From Dudresnaya verticillata (Eukaryota): a DNA stretch of 64,000 bases. Below the pieces are notes generated by a model, which saw only the letters and a program-made list of their open reading frames with translations, made no database searches and was not told the DNA's origin. Location of the stretch: the NCBI GenBank assembly GCA_977862235.1, contig OZ374566.1, forward strand, positions 1 to 64,000. Direction: 5' to 3'. Shown in pieces: positions 11,985 through 24,037 of the stretch (the first letter of the stretch is position 1; every line of letters begins with the position of its first letter). The position numbers and the translations under genes were made by a program.

Positions 11985-12062
11985 AAAAGCCCTCAGTTAT
12001 GGGAATTGAACCCACGATGTTCCCGCACGGCTTCGGCTTTTACCCACTAGGCCACGCGGTCA
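11985..12062 (-). other. tRNA-derived (Pol III promoter-like) sequence inside the hAT
   Basis: The minus strand reads GACCGCGTGGCCTAGTGGGTAAAAG...CGTGGGTTCAATTCCCATAACTGAGGGCTTTT: A box TGGCCTAGTGG, B box GGTTCAATTCC, oligo-T. No clean cloverleaf. Confidence 0.55.
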
Positions 12063-13217
12063 CGTCAGCAGAAGTAGAATTTCTAATATTTATATCACAT
12101 GCCCGGGCGGGCATGCCCAAATTTGCTCAACTTTCCAATGACCCATGCCCTTGTCTATATGCCCGGGTACTTTTTTTCTTATTTTTCTTTGCCCGTGCCC
12201 GTCTTCGAAATGTGACGAAACTTTTTGGCAATGCCCTTGCCCGCCGTGCTCGTGGCTTCGCAATTTTTTAATAATAATGTGACCCCTTGCCCGTGCGGGG
12301 TCACCATGGATTAAATGCCCGTTGCCCTGCCCGTTCTTATCCTGGGTGTTCCTCACCTGACCCATGTCCGCCTATGTTTTAAAAATATTTTTCCTACATG
12401 CCCTATGACCGTGCTGAGCCAACAATAAATCCCTGGCCTGTTGTACCCATGTCCGCATGCCCGGCCTCCGAGACTTCCACACCGATGACCAATGACCCCC
12501 GGGCATATGCTGGACCAAGGCCGGCTTGTCCGGGGTTTACTCAGCATCTCAGACAGATTACCTAATATACTACGTGTGCGACGGCGGCGGGCGCGGTGCG
12601 CGGGAAGTCAGGACGCGTGCCGCGCCGTCGAGTGTATGACACGTCGTCGTCGCCATGGAGCCGCGTGCGAGGGAGCTCGGGAGTAGCTTACAGGCGTGCG
12701 TGCGAGTAATGGGTGACTTACAGGCGCATGCGTGTAGAAGTGCGGGTGATCCGGATTCGGATCCAGACCCCCGCCAGCATTGCTGGCGCGCGGCCATTAC
12801 AGGCGCGCTCCTTACATCACTGTGGATCCCGATGTCGGATCCCGATGTCCCATCCGGATCCGATCCGGATCCGGGCCAAGCTTACAGGCGTGCGCCTTGC
12901 GCCTTGTCGATCGGGATGATGCATCCGGATCTGCCCGTCCAGTGCGCGAGTGCGCCGCGCCGCGCGGGGTAAAGGCGGCCGTATGCCCGTGGGCCAATCT
13001 TCCATGACGTGTTCGCGCGCCAACGGCGGTTGAAGTGCCGTCGGCAGACGTTGGCGTATAATACGCTCAAAGCGAAAAAGGGGCAGCCCTCCCCTTGCAC
13101 CACACGACCCCCTCGCAAAACGCGAACACGTCCGCCGCTCGACGCGACTTGCCGCTTGCGTTTCTCTGTGGATCCCACTTCGTCGTGCGTGCGTTCCTGC
13201 GTTCCGGCTGTGCCGTG

Positions 13218-13995
13218 TGTGCTGCAATCCACTCGGTAGAATCGAGGATGCACCTCAGGCGGTTCGGGGGCCTGGTGGTAGCAGGTGAGGTAGTAGCGGT
13301 AGAGCAGGGGAGTAGCCCCGTAGTGCGACTGTAAAATACTACAAGACCGAGAAAGGGGGTTACCCTAGAAAGAAAGAGAAAACAAAGGAAAAATAAGAGA
13401 AAAACAGGATTCTGTAGGATGAAGAAGGGTAGCGGATGTACTGGAGTCCAGCCTAGAGAGGGAGTTTATAGGGTAGGAGGGTACGTCTCGCTGGGCCCAA
13501 GCATAGCCGTTTACTATATGAGGGCGCACCTCCGGGCCCTAATATACTATGTAGGAGGCGGGTGCGCCTTGGTGGCGGATTAAGATAGTGGAGGGGGGGC
13601 GCGCCACTTGGCATTACGTGGCGAGCGCAAATCTATACTTATCTACTAAAATATCAACTGTCAGCCTATTGGTAGTGTGGCTCGACAGTGTATGCCAAGA
13701 GGGCGCACGCGTGTACGTGTACACGTTGTCGTATTGCGGGGCCATCCTCGCTGGCAGAGGGCGCCGGGCACTGTCAGGCCGGGCGCCTTACAGGGGCACT
13801 TCCCCAGTGTCATTGCTGGTGCACTCGCGCGGTGCCAGAGCCTATTAAGAAAATTGGCTCTGAGCTCAAGCGTACGTGCAGCGGGTGATCCGCGGGTATC
13901 GGCCGTGATGGCTCGTCGTCCGCAGTCGCGTGAGTCGCGGGCGACGACCATTATGAAGAATTCTTCAGTAGGGCGCGAAGGCGATTTGCGCCACA
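13218..13995 (-). mobile_element. Solo LTR of a third family
   Basis: Termini TGTGCTGCAA...TTGCGCCACA; flanks CCGTG and TCGTG (5-bp TSD, 1 mismatch). TATAAA followed by a pyrimidine tract on the minus strand near 13360-13470. Confidence 0.6.
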
Positions 13996-14343
13996 TCGTG
14001 CTAACCTCGCGTGCTGTGTGTTGCGTCCGGCGAGCTCTCTCTCTTCACCGTGCATCATCGCCGCTGGCGCATTGTGAATCCCGTCAACGACGCCACATCC
14101 AATTCGTCGCCTGGGGCGTGTCAGTTGCATCGTCGTAGACGAGTTCTGTGAATCTCGTCGCCCAAGGTGCAAGTGTTTCCCGTCTGTGACGCAGCTCATC
14201 GTAGTCGCCTGTGGCGCGGAACAAAAAGGCGTCCTTGACGTAAGCAAAAAGTATAACCGCCTGTGGCGTTGGGCAAGAGTCGTAGTTGACGTTTGTTTGA
14301 CCTTAAGCGCCAGGGGCGTGAACGAAATTGCGTCGCTGACAAT

Positions 14344-14721
14344 ATGCCGACGTTCAATGGTGTTCAGGTCGCGGCGCCCCTGGCCGCGCCGGTATACTTG
14401 CCGCCGTACGACTTTGTCGGGAAGAACCCGCAGGATCACGGGGAGATCCTCGCGCAGGTCCCCTGGTTTGACCAGGAGGCCTTGCGCAATGAGGAGCTCA
14501 TTGCTCATTACGCTACCAGCGGACTTTTGCCGGGGGAACTCTCCCTTGCCGTCGTCTGGACGATGGATTGGAAGTTGCGCTGCGCAGTTCCGCTCGAGTG
14601 GCTGTGGGTTCGCGCAGGGCAATCGCGTGCGGGCGTTCACGCCAAGTTCGTCGCAGACGTCTATCGTCACTCCACGCGTTATCCACGCTCGGCGCTAACG
14701 CTAGCCATCTTTGAGTTTGAT
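14344..14721 (+). pseudogene. Unknown ORF truncated by the Gypsy-1 5' LTR
   Basis: Globular-looking sequence MPTFNGVQ...LAIFEFD runs directly into the LTR at 14722. Confidence 0.35.
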
Positions 14722-15589
14722 TGTGGCATAGCTGTAAGACCAGCTGTGCCACGCACGTGCAGCTGTAAGACCAGCTCTGCCACGCACGCGCAGCTGTAAG
14801 ACCAGCTGCGCCACGTGTGCACTGCTGTGCGCACGCTGTCAGCCGGTGGTGCCGAAGCCCGCCTGAACTGTAAGGAAGTGCGTAGTGGCGCCAGCGTGCG
14901 CACGCGTACACGTGTGACACTGAAACTCCCATGTAATTTCTACGTTTATTGTTTTGTAGTGTACAGCACCGTCTAAGTGCAAGCGGCGGTCGAACGCCCT
15001 GCTGCCCTGCGCGCTGCGCGCACGCACTCCGGCGCAGAGCCGTTGAGTACGTGACACGCGCGCGCGCACTCCGGCGTCGAGCCGTTGAGTACGTGTGGAC
15101 CGTTTCGCCCACGCGCGCCCCCGGGTTTCCGATACCCGTACGCGTCGACGCGTGTTGGGGCGCGCCGGCGCACCTTCTGGGATGGTGCCGCCGCAGGCCC
15201 TGTAGTATATCTAGTAGTCGCCCCGCTGGGCTTCAGTAAACCAGGCAAGCCAGCCTACGCCAGGCTTGCCCTTTCTGCTTTGGGTTTCTTTCCCAGTCCT
15301 TCGCCCTACGGCTTCCCTCTTTCCCTAGCCGTCTAGGCTTTCCTTTTCCTTTCCCTACCGTCGGCTTCGTGCCGCCCCACGACGGGGGCGCAGGGATCCG
15401 GCCGCTGCCGCCCGCGTACGGTACGCCCCGTGCGCGCTCAGGCTTCGACGCCGTTGATCCGCGACCGTCGACGGCGCGCGCGGCCGACACCGCCGCTCTA
15501 CCACCACAGCTACCACCCTTCGACGGGTCTGGGTGCGACTGATCGACCAGCGCAGCTAGACGTCAGTTCGACCTGATGTCTATGCCACA
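14722..15589 (+). repeat. Gypsy-1 5' LTR (868 bp)
   Basis: TGTGGCATA...TATGCCACA terminal inverted repeat; near-identical to 27174-28114. Confidence 0.93.
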
Positions 15590-15590
15590 C

Positions 15591-15608
15591 TGGTCTCCCG
15601 ACCTAGAA
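15591..15608 (+). promoter_or_regulatory. Primer-binding site TGGTCTCCCGACCTAGAA (probably tRNA-Tyr)
   Basis: Starts with TGG 1 nt after the LTR; the same 18-mer occurs in Gypsy-2. Confidence 0.8.
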
Positions 15609-15735
15609 GTCGCAGAAGACCCTATCACCTCTCGCATCGACGCGATCGAGGCCAATAATTCCGCCGCTACCTACTTCGGCTGCTGCCGGTTCGGCAGACG
15701 CCGCGGCAGGTGAAGTTGGCGGTCGACACACTTCC

Positions 15736-17834
15736 TTGCTGAGTAACGTCGGCGTCTCAGGAGCTCCCCTAGAGGGACCGCGCATCGAGCGCTGGGCGGC
15801 TATTGCCAAGGCCCTAGGAGGGACAACGGTCTCTGCGACCGACTTCCAACTACTCTACGAGGAGACGATGGACTCACTTTCGGAAGTGTACGACACCGGC
15901 ATGGCCTCAGTCGCAGACGCGCGGGCACAAGGTCAACGTGACCTGGAGTCGCTTCGACGCGGAACCCTCGCCTCCGTCGAGGAAGGATTAACCCGAACTC
16001 AAGGGCTCCTCGACGAGCTACGTCAACGCGTTGAGTTGATTGAGCACGCACCGGCGCGGTATGACCGACGGGCGCCTAGCCCGTCGCCGGTGCGGAGCCG
16101 CCCTCCGCGATCGCCGTCTCAAGCGGATCCGGTTCGCGAACTGGCCAAAGCCCTCCTCGCTGAGCGTCATGCTCAGCGAAACCCCTTTTCTCCACCGGCC
16201 TCTCCGCCTAGGAGTGGGCAAGGGTCCCCTCGCCCTACAAGAGATGACGACCCCTTCTACGGGGTCGACCCCAAGCTACTACAACGCACTCTCGACGGGC
16301 GCGGAGTTGGAGGGGCGACTAGCCCCTCACCACACGAAGGTCCCGTGTCGGCCTACTGGCACTGGGGGCCATTGATGCCGGGCGTCGAGCCGCTGAGCAC
16401 CTTGGTCCCCGAATTCGCAAAGGCGATCGACTACCGCTCCTATCGTCTAGACGACATAAGACAGCGGGACAATCAGCAGCAAGTCTGCAATGGCAACACC
16501 GCCAAGATTGTCAGTCGGGTGAAGGCTCTCATGCCGCGGCTAGATCGCTACGACGGCAAGGAGCCCATCCGCTTGCTTGGCGTGCTTAGAGAGCTACGCC
16601 AAGCCTTCAACGGCGTCGGCCTGTCGGAAGGCGCAGCGGCGCGGGTGGTGTTCTGGTTACTAGACGGAACGGCATCCCAGGTGTATTCGAGTCACCTTTT
16701 CTCGGGGGTCCGGACGACTAGTCGCGGCACCCCCCCCCATGCTGGGCCTCGGTGATCAATACCCTCGTCGAGAGGTTCGTCACCGACGACGTGATCGCCG
16801 ACGCGCACGACCGACTGACCACCGCCCGGCAGCGGGACGCCGAGTCAGAACTCGAGTTCGCCTCTCGTCTAGAGGGCTACGCAGATGACTGTGCCGGCGT
16901 CTACTCCGACGAGAACCTGACGCACCAGTTCCTGCGTGGTCTGCTCCGACCACCCGACCCGCAGTAGCGGAGAAGGTAAGGCAGATGCCAATGGTCGAGC
17001 AGACCAACTTCAGTACCGTTCGTCGGATCGCCCACAGTGAGGGCACAACCTACCGCGCCCGCATGGCCAAGGCGTCGACGCCGGCCATCGTTTCGGGGCG
17101 CGGTAGGGGAAGCAGTTCGCCAAGCGGCCGCACACTGCTTATCGAGGCGCCACACACACCCGATAGGGAAGCGGCCTTCGACGGCACGATGTTGGTGGCG
17201 CCCGATGACGATGGTTTCGAACCCGTCATGGTCGTGCCCGCGCTATCGACAGCCAGGGCGGCGCAAACCGAGGAGACCCTCGACATCTCAGGACGCATCG
17301 ACGACGTCCTGCCTAGGAGGATCCCTCCACTCGCAAGAGGCAATGGCCCGCGCTGTCACCCCTGATCTACAGGGGTGGTACATCTGCTGGTTCTGTCGAG
17401 AACTTGGACACATCATGTACTCGTGCCCATTCCTGACTAAGTAACAGCAGTTGTACTGCGCGTATGCGAACTGCAACCATAGACTGGAGACGCAGCCGCA
17501 CGCGAACAACAACTTGCAGCAGCTCATCGACGAGCGCATGCTGGCAGACGCCAAGGCAAGTTACCCCGCAAGACGCTTCGACACGCAGCGGGGTGGGGCC
17601 CGACGCTTCGACGCGAGGGGTCCCCCGCAGCGCTTCGACTCGCAAAAGTATCGGGGGAGCCGCGACAGTACCGCGGGGATCGTCGAGATCCGCGCCGCGA
17701 ATACCGAAGGGCAGACGTCCCGCGGTTCCTCACTCGCGACAAGCGGGTCGGGTTTGACGACCAAGCCGGTCGCCAATCTCGGGCGTCGACGCCCTCGAGG
17801 CCCGACCCGCAGCGCGAACTGCTTCGGGCAGTGA
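15736..17834 (+). pseudogene. gag: Gypsy-1 gag, frameshifted
   Basis: DYRSYRLD motif, capsid-like YDGKEPIRLLGVL..., zinc knuckle CWFCRELGHIMYSC; split over several ORFs. Confidence 0.8.
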
Positions 17835-18324
17835 TGACCGTGCAGGAGCACACCGGGCTAGCAGCCGACGAGTGGCTCCCGCGAGCGCTCGACGCGCAGA
17901 GCAAGGGCGAGTCCACCCGGGGGCAGGTTGAGCAGCCCTCGCTCCTTTTTGACACGCCGCCGCGATCGACGCGAGGCGCCGGCCCGGCCCCTAGCCAGCC
18001 AATGGGATCCGAGGAAGATAGCTCGGATTCCGAAAATAATTTTGACCGGGTCGAACCGGAAAAGAGTAAAGGCGGCGCCGTTCGTGCGGTCGCGAGCACC
18101 GTCTCTCTCTACCACAGACCCACCATCCTCCGCCAAGCCGTCGATGGCCAGGACCCCCTCACCAAGCAGCGCTGAGGTACCCCTCCGGGAAGAGCCATCG
18201 AAAGCCACGCGCTCCAGGCCACCTTGGCCCCCGCGGCGTCGATGCAAGCGACAGGCACGACGCCGAGCGCGTAGGGATCCGTCGACGGATCCCGAGGCAC
18301 CCTCCGCTCGACGCGAAGGTGCCA

Positions 18325-21300
18325 TGGCTCACTGCGTCGACGCGGAGCCGGCCACTTCCCCAGACGGGTATGTGTGCCTCTTGTCCTCGGAGATATACCG
18401 CGTGTCTGGGTCGCTAGGCGCTGACCCAGGGGTAATGATACCCCACACCATTGCGGTGGACACCGGCTCCGGTTACAACCTCATCGCGAAGCGGGCGCTG
18501 CCGCCCGGATGGGATCAGCACGCGGCGGTGATGGAGTCGACTCCTCGCCTCGCCGGGGCTGATAAGACCCCACTGAGCCTATCAGGAGTAGCGCACCTCT
18601 CGATGAGGTTGGGGAACACGACGTTCCGCGTGCCATTCATAGTGGCAGACACCTTTGCCGTCGACGTCCTGGTGGGAACGCAGTTCCTCAATGCGCACGT
18701 GCGAGGCATCGACGTCGAATCGAAACGCCTATCGCTCCGACGCGGGGGCTCGGTGCCCCTCCTCAAGCGCAGTAGACCTGCCGAGGACCGCAAGCCGGCA
18801 TCGAAGCCGAAGAACCCGTCAACGGGTTTGTCGAGGAAGCACCAGAGGGAGCTCCTCGACTGGGATCACGACACCCACACCATCCGCCTCTCTAGGCAGA
18901 TGATGCTCCCAGCCTATTCCCAAAGGCTCGTCTCCGTGACGTCAGGAGCAAGTGGACTGATCCACACCGAACCCAAACCCTCGTTGCAGTCCCGCCACGG
19001 CGTGAGACTTACCAACGGGGTGCACGACGTCGAGTCGATGCGACCCTTCGGGGTCATCGTCGTGAACTTCACCGAAAAGCCTCGGACCCTGCCGAAGGGC
19101 ACCGTTGTCGGCTACGCGGTTAGGAACCCGGTGGCGCTGATAACTCCAGACCGCAAAGTCGCGGAGGAGTTTGGGCGGGTGATGAACATCACCACCCTAC
19201 CACCACGGGGGCAGAGGCCCCCGGTAAATCAGGATGCCGTGGAACCATCCACCTCGCCGTCGACGGCAAAGGGCACCGACGCCCAGCCGCTGCAGGGCGC
19301 AGCTACCGCCGCAGCGAAGGCCAACCCGTCCATCGAAGACTGGGAGTCGCAGGTCGATCTCTCGTCTATCGAAGACGAGGTGACCCGCAAGGAGGTCCTC
19401 TCCATGCTCAGGAAGCATCAGTCCATGTGGAACGGGAGGCTGGGCACTATTGCCACCACCAGACACCACATCGACGTGGAACGGGGCACTCGCCCCATCC
19501 GCTCCATGACCTACCGACAGGGCCCTGCCATGCGCAAGCTGGTGCAGGACGAGGTGGATACCATGCTTCGTGCAGGGGTTATCGAACCCGCCACCTCGGA
19601 ATGGGCATCACCAGTAGTCCTCGCGCCCAAGAAGGACGGCACACGTAGGTTTTGCGTGGACTATCGACTTGTCAACACGAAAACACTAAGTGATGCGTAC
19701 CCCCCTCCGAGGATGGACGACTGCATCGACAGTCTAGGCGACGCAGCCGTCTTCTCGACGTTGGACTGCAACGCGGGGTACTGGCAAATCCCTGTCGCAG
19801 AGGCTGACAGGGATAAGACAACGTTCACTTCGTTCTTAGGGACGTTTCGCTACTTGCGAATGCCCTTCGGGCTGAAGAACGCCCCCGCGACTTTCCAGCG
19901 GGCACTGGACATAATCCTCAGCGGAGTCCGATGGCAGTGTTGCCTGATCTATCTAGACGATGTGATCATTTTCTCGCGGTCGATCGCGGAGCACGTTGGT
20001 CATCTGGACCAAGTGCTGACTCTGTTGCACAAGGGAGGAGTATCCCTGAAACTGAAGAAGTGCCACTTCTTTCAGTCTCGCGTTGGCTATCTAGGCCACT
20101 TCATCGAACCGGGGAAGCTACGCATGGCGCAGACGAGCAGCGACGCTTTCCGCCATGCGCAGTTCCCGACCTCCCTGACTAAGGTGAGGTCGTTCCTCGA
20201 CGCGTGCAATGTCTATCGCCGCTTCGTGCGCAACTTCGCGAAGATCGCGCGTCCTCTGACGAACATGACCCGCAAAGACGCGGATGTGGATTTCGACAAT
20301 CCAAGCGCCGACGCGCTCGAGGCATATGAGACGCTCAGAGCGAAGCTCATATCGCCCCCTATCGTACGGCTCCCCAAGACGGGTAGACCCTACGTCCTCG
20401 ATACGGACGCATCGGCTTATCAGCTCGGATGCGCCCTACTGCAGGAACAGGAGGACGGCCAGCTACATCCAGTCGGGTACTGGTCCTACTCGCTCAACTC
20501 GGCGGAGCGCAATTACTCCGCCACTTAGCGTGAGTGCTTCGCAATGGTGTGGTCGATCACAACCCTGCGGCCCTACATCGAAGGCACGCGATTCACGGTT
20601 CGAACCGATCACGATGCGCTTCGATGGCTGATGTCGCTGACCAACTCTTCGGGTCGACTGACCCGGTGGCGCCTGCGGCTCGCGGAATTCGACTTCCAGA
20701 TCGAGTACCGCCCCGGGCGGGTACACCAAGTCCCGGATGCCCTGTCCCGCTTGGTTCGGCGCCAGCGAAAACAGGAGGAGGTTGACGACGACGTCCCTAC
20801 CTTTGACCCCCCGACGATCGACCGCCCGCAAGGGGAGTCCTCGGCTGAGACGCCGGTGGCACGCTCGGGTACAGAACCCGCGGCTCCCGTCTTGGTCATG
20901 ACACGCTCGCGGGCCAATGCATCTACGCGTTCGGCCCCAGCGCAGCCCATCCCGAAGCCAGTCCGGGGAAACAGCACCGGCACCGCGCCCAAGACGGTCG
21001 CGGCAGACGAACCCCCGGACTTGGCCGACGCAGCGGCGTGGGACGACACCGACGACTTCGACCTCTTCGATCTCCTCCGCGTCGACGCGAGAGATGAGCC
21101 ATCGGACTTGACGTCCGTGGCGCCAGTGAAGCTCCCTTCACCTATTTCCGTCGAGGAATTTGTGGACGCGCAGCGGCACGACTCCTGCCAGACCGTACTG
21201 GCCAGGCAGTCCCGTCGACGGGATAGCCATTTTTACGAGGACGGGGATGGGCTTCTATACCGCCATCATCCGGTCATAGCTTCGCTAGACCAGATAGTGG

Positions 21301-22656
21301 TGCCCGAGTCGTTACAGCCTCGGCTGCTCACGCTCGCGCACCACTCCCTCCTCGCGGGCCACCCAGGGCAGAACAAGATGTTCTATTCCCTGCGTGAGAC
21401 CTACTACTGGCCGCATATGGCGGCCAGCATCGCCATGACAGTAAGAAACTGCAGGCACTGTGCCCGTGACCGCATTCGACTGCGAAGACACCTTCATAGA
21501 CTGAAGCTGTTCCCGGGCACCAGGCCGCTGGAATCCGTCGCTATCGACATACTGGGCCCCTTGCCCAAGACCAAGTCTGGTCGCAAATTCCTCGTCGTCA
21601 TGACGGACCGCTTTACTAAGCTGACCAAGTCGCGCCTCTGCGCACCATTACGGCTTACAACGTCGCAGTTGTCTTCTGTGAACAGTGGGTCTTCCACTAC
21701 GGGCCCCCTAGGTCCTTGCTTTCCGATAACGGAAAGCAGTTCACATCGAAGTTCTTCCAAGCCATCTGCCGGTATTTCGGTTTGAACAACGTGTTCACCT
21801 CCGCGTATCATCCCCAGTCGAATGGACAGGCTGAACGCTACAACCGGACCGTCATAGCCATGTTGAGGAACTACGTCAACGATCACCAAAACGATTGGGA
21901 TCGATACGCCTCTGCGTTGATGTATTCCTACAACTGTCACGTGCACCGCTCGACGCGGACGACTCCATTCAGCTTAGTGCTGTCACGGCCTCCGCCGGAA
22001 TTTACTAAGTTCCACTCGGCGGTCGACCGCCCGAAACCTAGTGAGGATGTCCGAACGGACTTCCTCAAGCGGTTAGACACCGCTATGGGCCTGGCTTCGG
22101 CCGCCCTGGCCAAAACGCAGAGGCGTTATAAAAAGGACTTTGACCGACGGGTCCGGAAGGTCAACTCCCGCATCAAGGCCGGGGACTACGTCTTCATCGA
22201 CGCAACAGACGGGGTGACGAAACCACCGAAGTTGAAGAGCCCGGCCATCGGGCCTTATTGCGTGCTGCTCAACGACGAGCGCACGTTTTTATCGACAGAG
22301 ACGGCCTGGTCGAACGCATCGCAGCGGACCGAGCCGTCTTCTGTCCCCCGCCTCTGGGGGAAGATACTGCGCGTCGAAGCGCGTACTTGCCCACCGCCGA
22401 CGATCTCGCGTCCAAGGCCGTCGACGGCCCGCGGTTCGTGGTGGACAAGATGCTTGACCATGGCACGGCCGAAGACGGCACGCTGCTCTTCCAGGTCAAG
22501 TGTACCGGCTACTCTAAGCCGACTTGGGAACCTCGATCCCATTTGCCGGGGGAGATGGTGAGCCAATACTTCCGCGCGCAGAAGCGTCGGAAGGGCTCTT
22601 GGCTCGACGCCCCATCCCCTCCACTGACCCCCTCGGCGGGGGCGCCTCGTGCTTAA
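18325..22656 (+). pseudogene. pol: Gypsy-1 pol: protease, RT, RNase H, integrase, chromodomain; stop at about 20526 and frameshifts
   Basis: VDTGSG, RFCVDYR, YLDD, LDTDAS, GHPG...CRHC, IDILGP, SDNGKQF, AERYNR, FVVDKMLDH...TWEPRSHL. Confidence 0.93.
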
Positions 22657-24037
22657 GGAGGGGGCCCCAGTCATTCTTTGCCTGTTATTGCCCTCATCCA
22701 GGCATCCTTTGCCTTTTCAAGCGACGGGAACACGTGGGGCCTAAGCCCCACGACAAGGGCATGAATTGCGGCTGCCTAAGCCGGCGGCCCAAGCCGAAAG
22801 CACCCCGCCCCAATAGCCAAGGAGCAGGGGTGCTCTGCGAACTGCGCATCGCAGGGACTCTGGACACGACGTCTTTCGAAACTACCGGCTCGACGCCCGG
22901 CAGTAGCGACGTCCCGATACGCGAAAGACAACCCGCACCGTGGGGGGTTGTCTGGCCAACGCCGCCGCGAAGCCGCGCACAGGTGGCGAAGGGAAGGAGG
23001 CCCCCTTCTCCACCGCCATGCGGCAGCCCAGGCAAAAAACGAGCGTCGAAGCTCGACGCGACCCAGCTGGAGAAGCCACTGAGCCATCCCAGCCGAAGCG
23101 CCACCGAGGTCGACGTCAAGTGGCGGCGGCACGCAGATTGGCGAAGGGCAGGCGTCGACGCCCCCTTCGCCAACGCCGCGCCGCAGCCGCGCGTAATCTT
23201 CGGCCAACACCCACCGCCCTGGTGCCTAGCCGGGCGGGGTGCCAACGCGCACAGCCCCCACGTCGATGTGGGGCGCCAGAGCCAAGGAGGCTGGCGTCCG
23301 TCGAGCTTGCACCGCTGCGCTTCGACGCGTGAGCGGCACAACCACCTCGACGATGGGAAGACCGAGGGCACCGCGGCAGACGACCGGCCCCTGCCAAATA
23401 TAGGCGCGCGCTTACCCATATTTGGGACGCGTGCGCCCCACAAGCGCAGAGGCGCAGATTTGTGTTCAGGCTACAGTGTCTACTGTAGCCAAAACACAAA
23501 TAATTGGGAACGCCCAATGGGGTGCGACACCCCCGGGCCTCTGCCCACTCATCCAGGGGCATCGACGCCCCTGGCCGGGGGTTGGCTGCGCAAGCCGCCA
23601 CCACGCTCTTGGCCACTCCCCGGATCGGACCGCTTCGACGCGGTCCCCTCCGGCGCGCGAAGCGTCAAACGCCACTGGGGGCCCCCGCTCCGCGCTGGCG
23701 CTCCGCATCGACGCGGCGTTGCGCGCGCTGGCAGTCCCCTGTGTGGCGTCAACGCCGGCACTGCGGACCGCCACCCGCTTCGACGCGGGTCAGGCACAAT
23801 GGCACCCATGGTGAGGTGGGGCGTCGAAGCCCCACCACCTGCTACAGCGAGCATAGCTCGGACGCAGCCGCGCGGTCGAAGGCGCAGCTGTTGAAAACGC
23901 GTCGACGCGGACCGAAGTCTTCGCCCACCCCTTGCCCTTTAATGAACCAGACACGCAGAGGCGGTCTTAAAACTAGCGAGGCGATCGACCGTCCCTCGAA
24001 CTAGGATGGTTTTACAGCATAAGCCACTACGGCATAA

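Larger units (their letters stand above)
8696..12545 (+). mobile_element. hAT DNA transposon, degenerate; right TIR and TSD not found
   Basis: Probable left end CAGGGTTGTGCGGGC. Dense TGCCC/GGGCA subterminal repeats at 8700-9090 and 12090-12540. AATGACCCCCGGGCAT occurs at 8730 and 12491. Contains a transposase. Confidence 0.8.

Noticed and set aside
11985..12062. Functional tRNA gene
   Set aside because: The acceptor and anticodon stems cannot be paired convincingly; kept only as tRNA-derived.
22524..23894. 456-aa plus-strand ORF after Gypsy-1 pol, as a possible env-like gene
   Set aside because: Its Arg/Pro/Gly/Ala composition is typical of GC-rich non-coding frames, with no signal peptide, transmembrane segment or motif.
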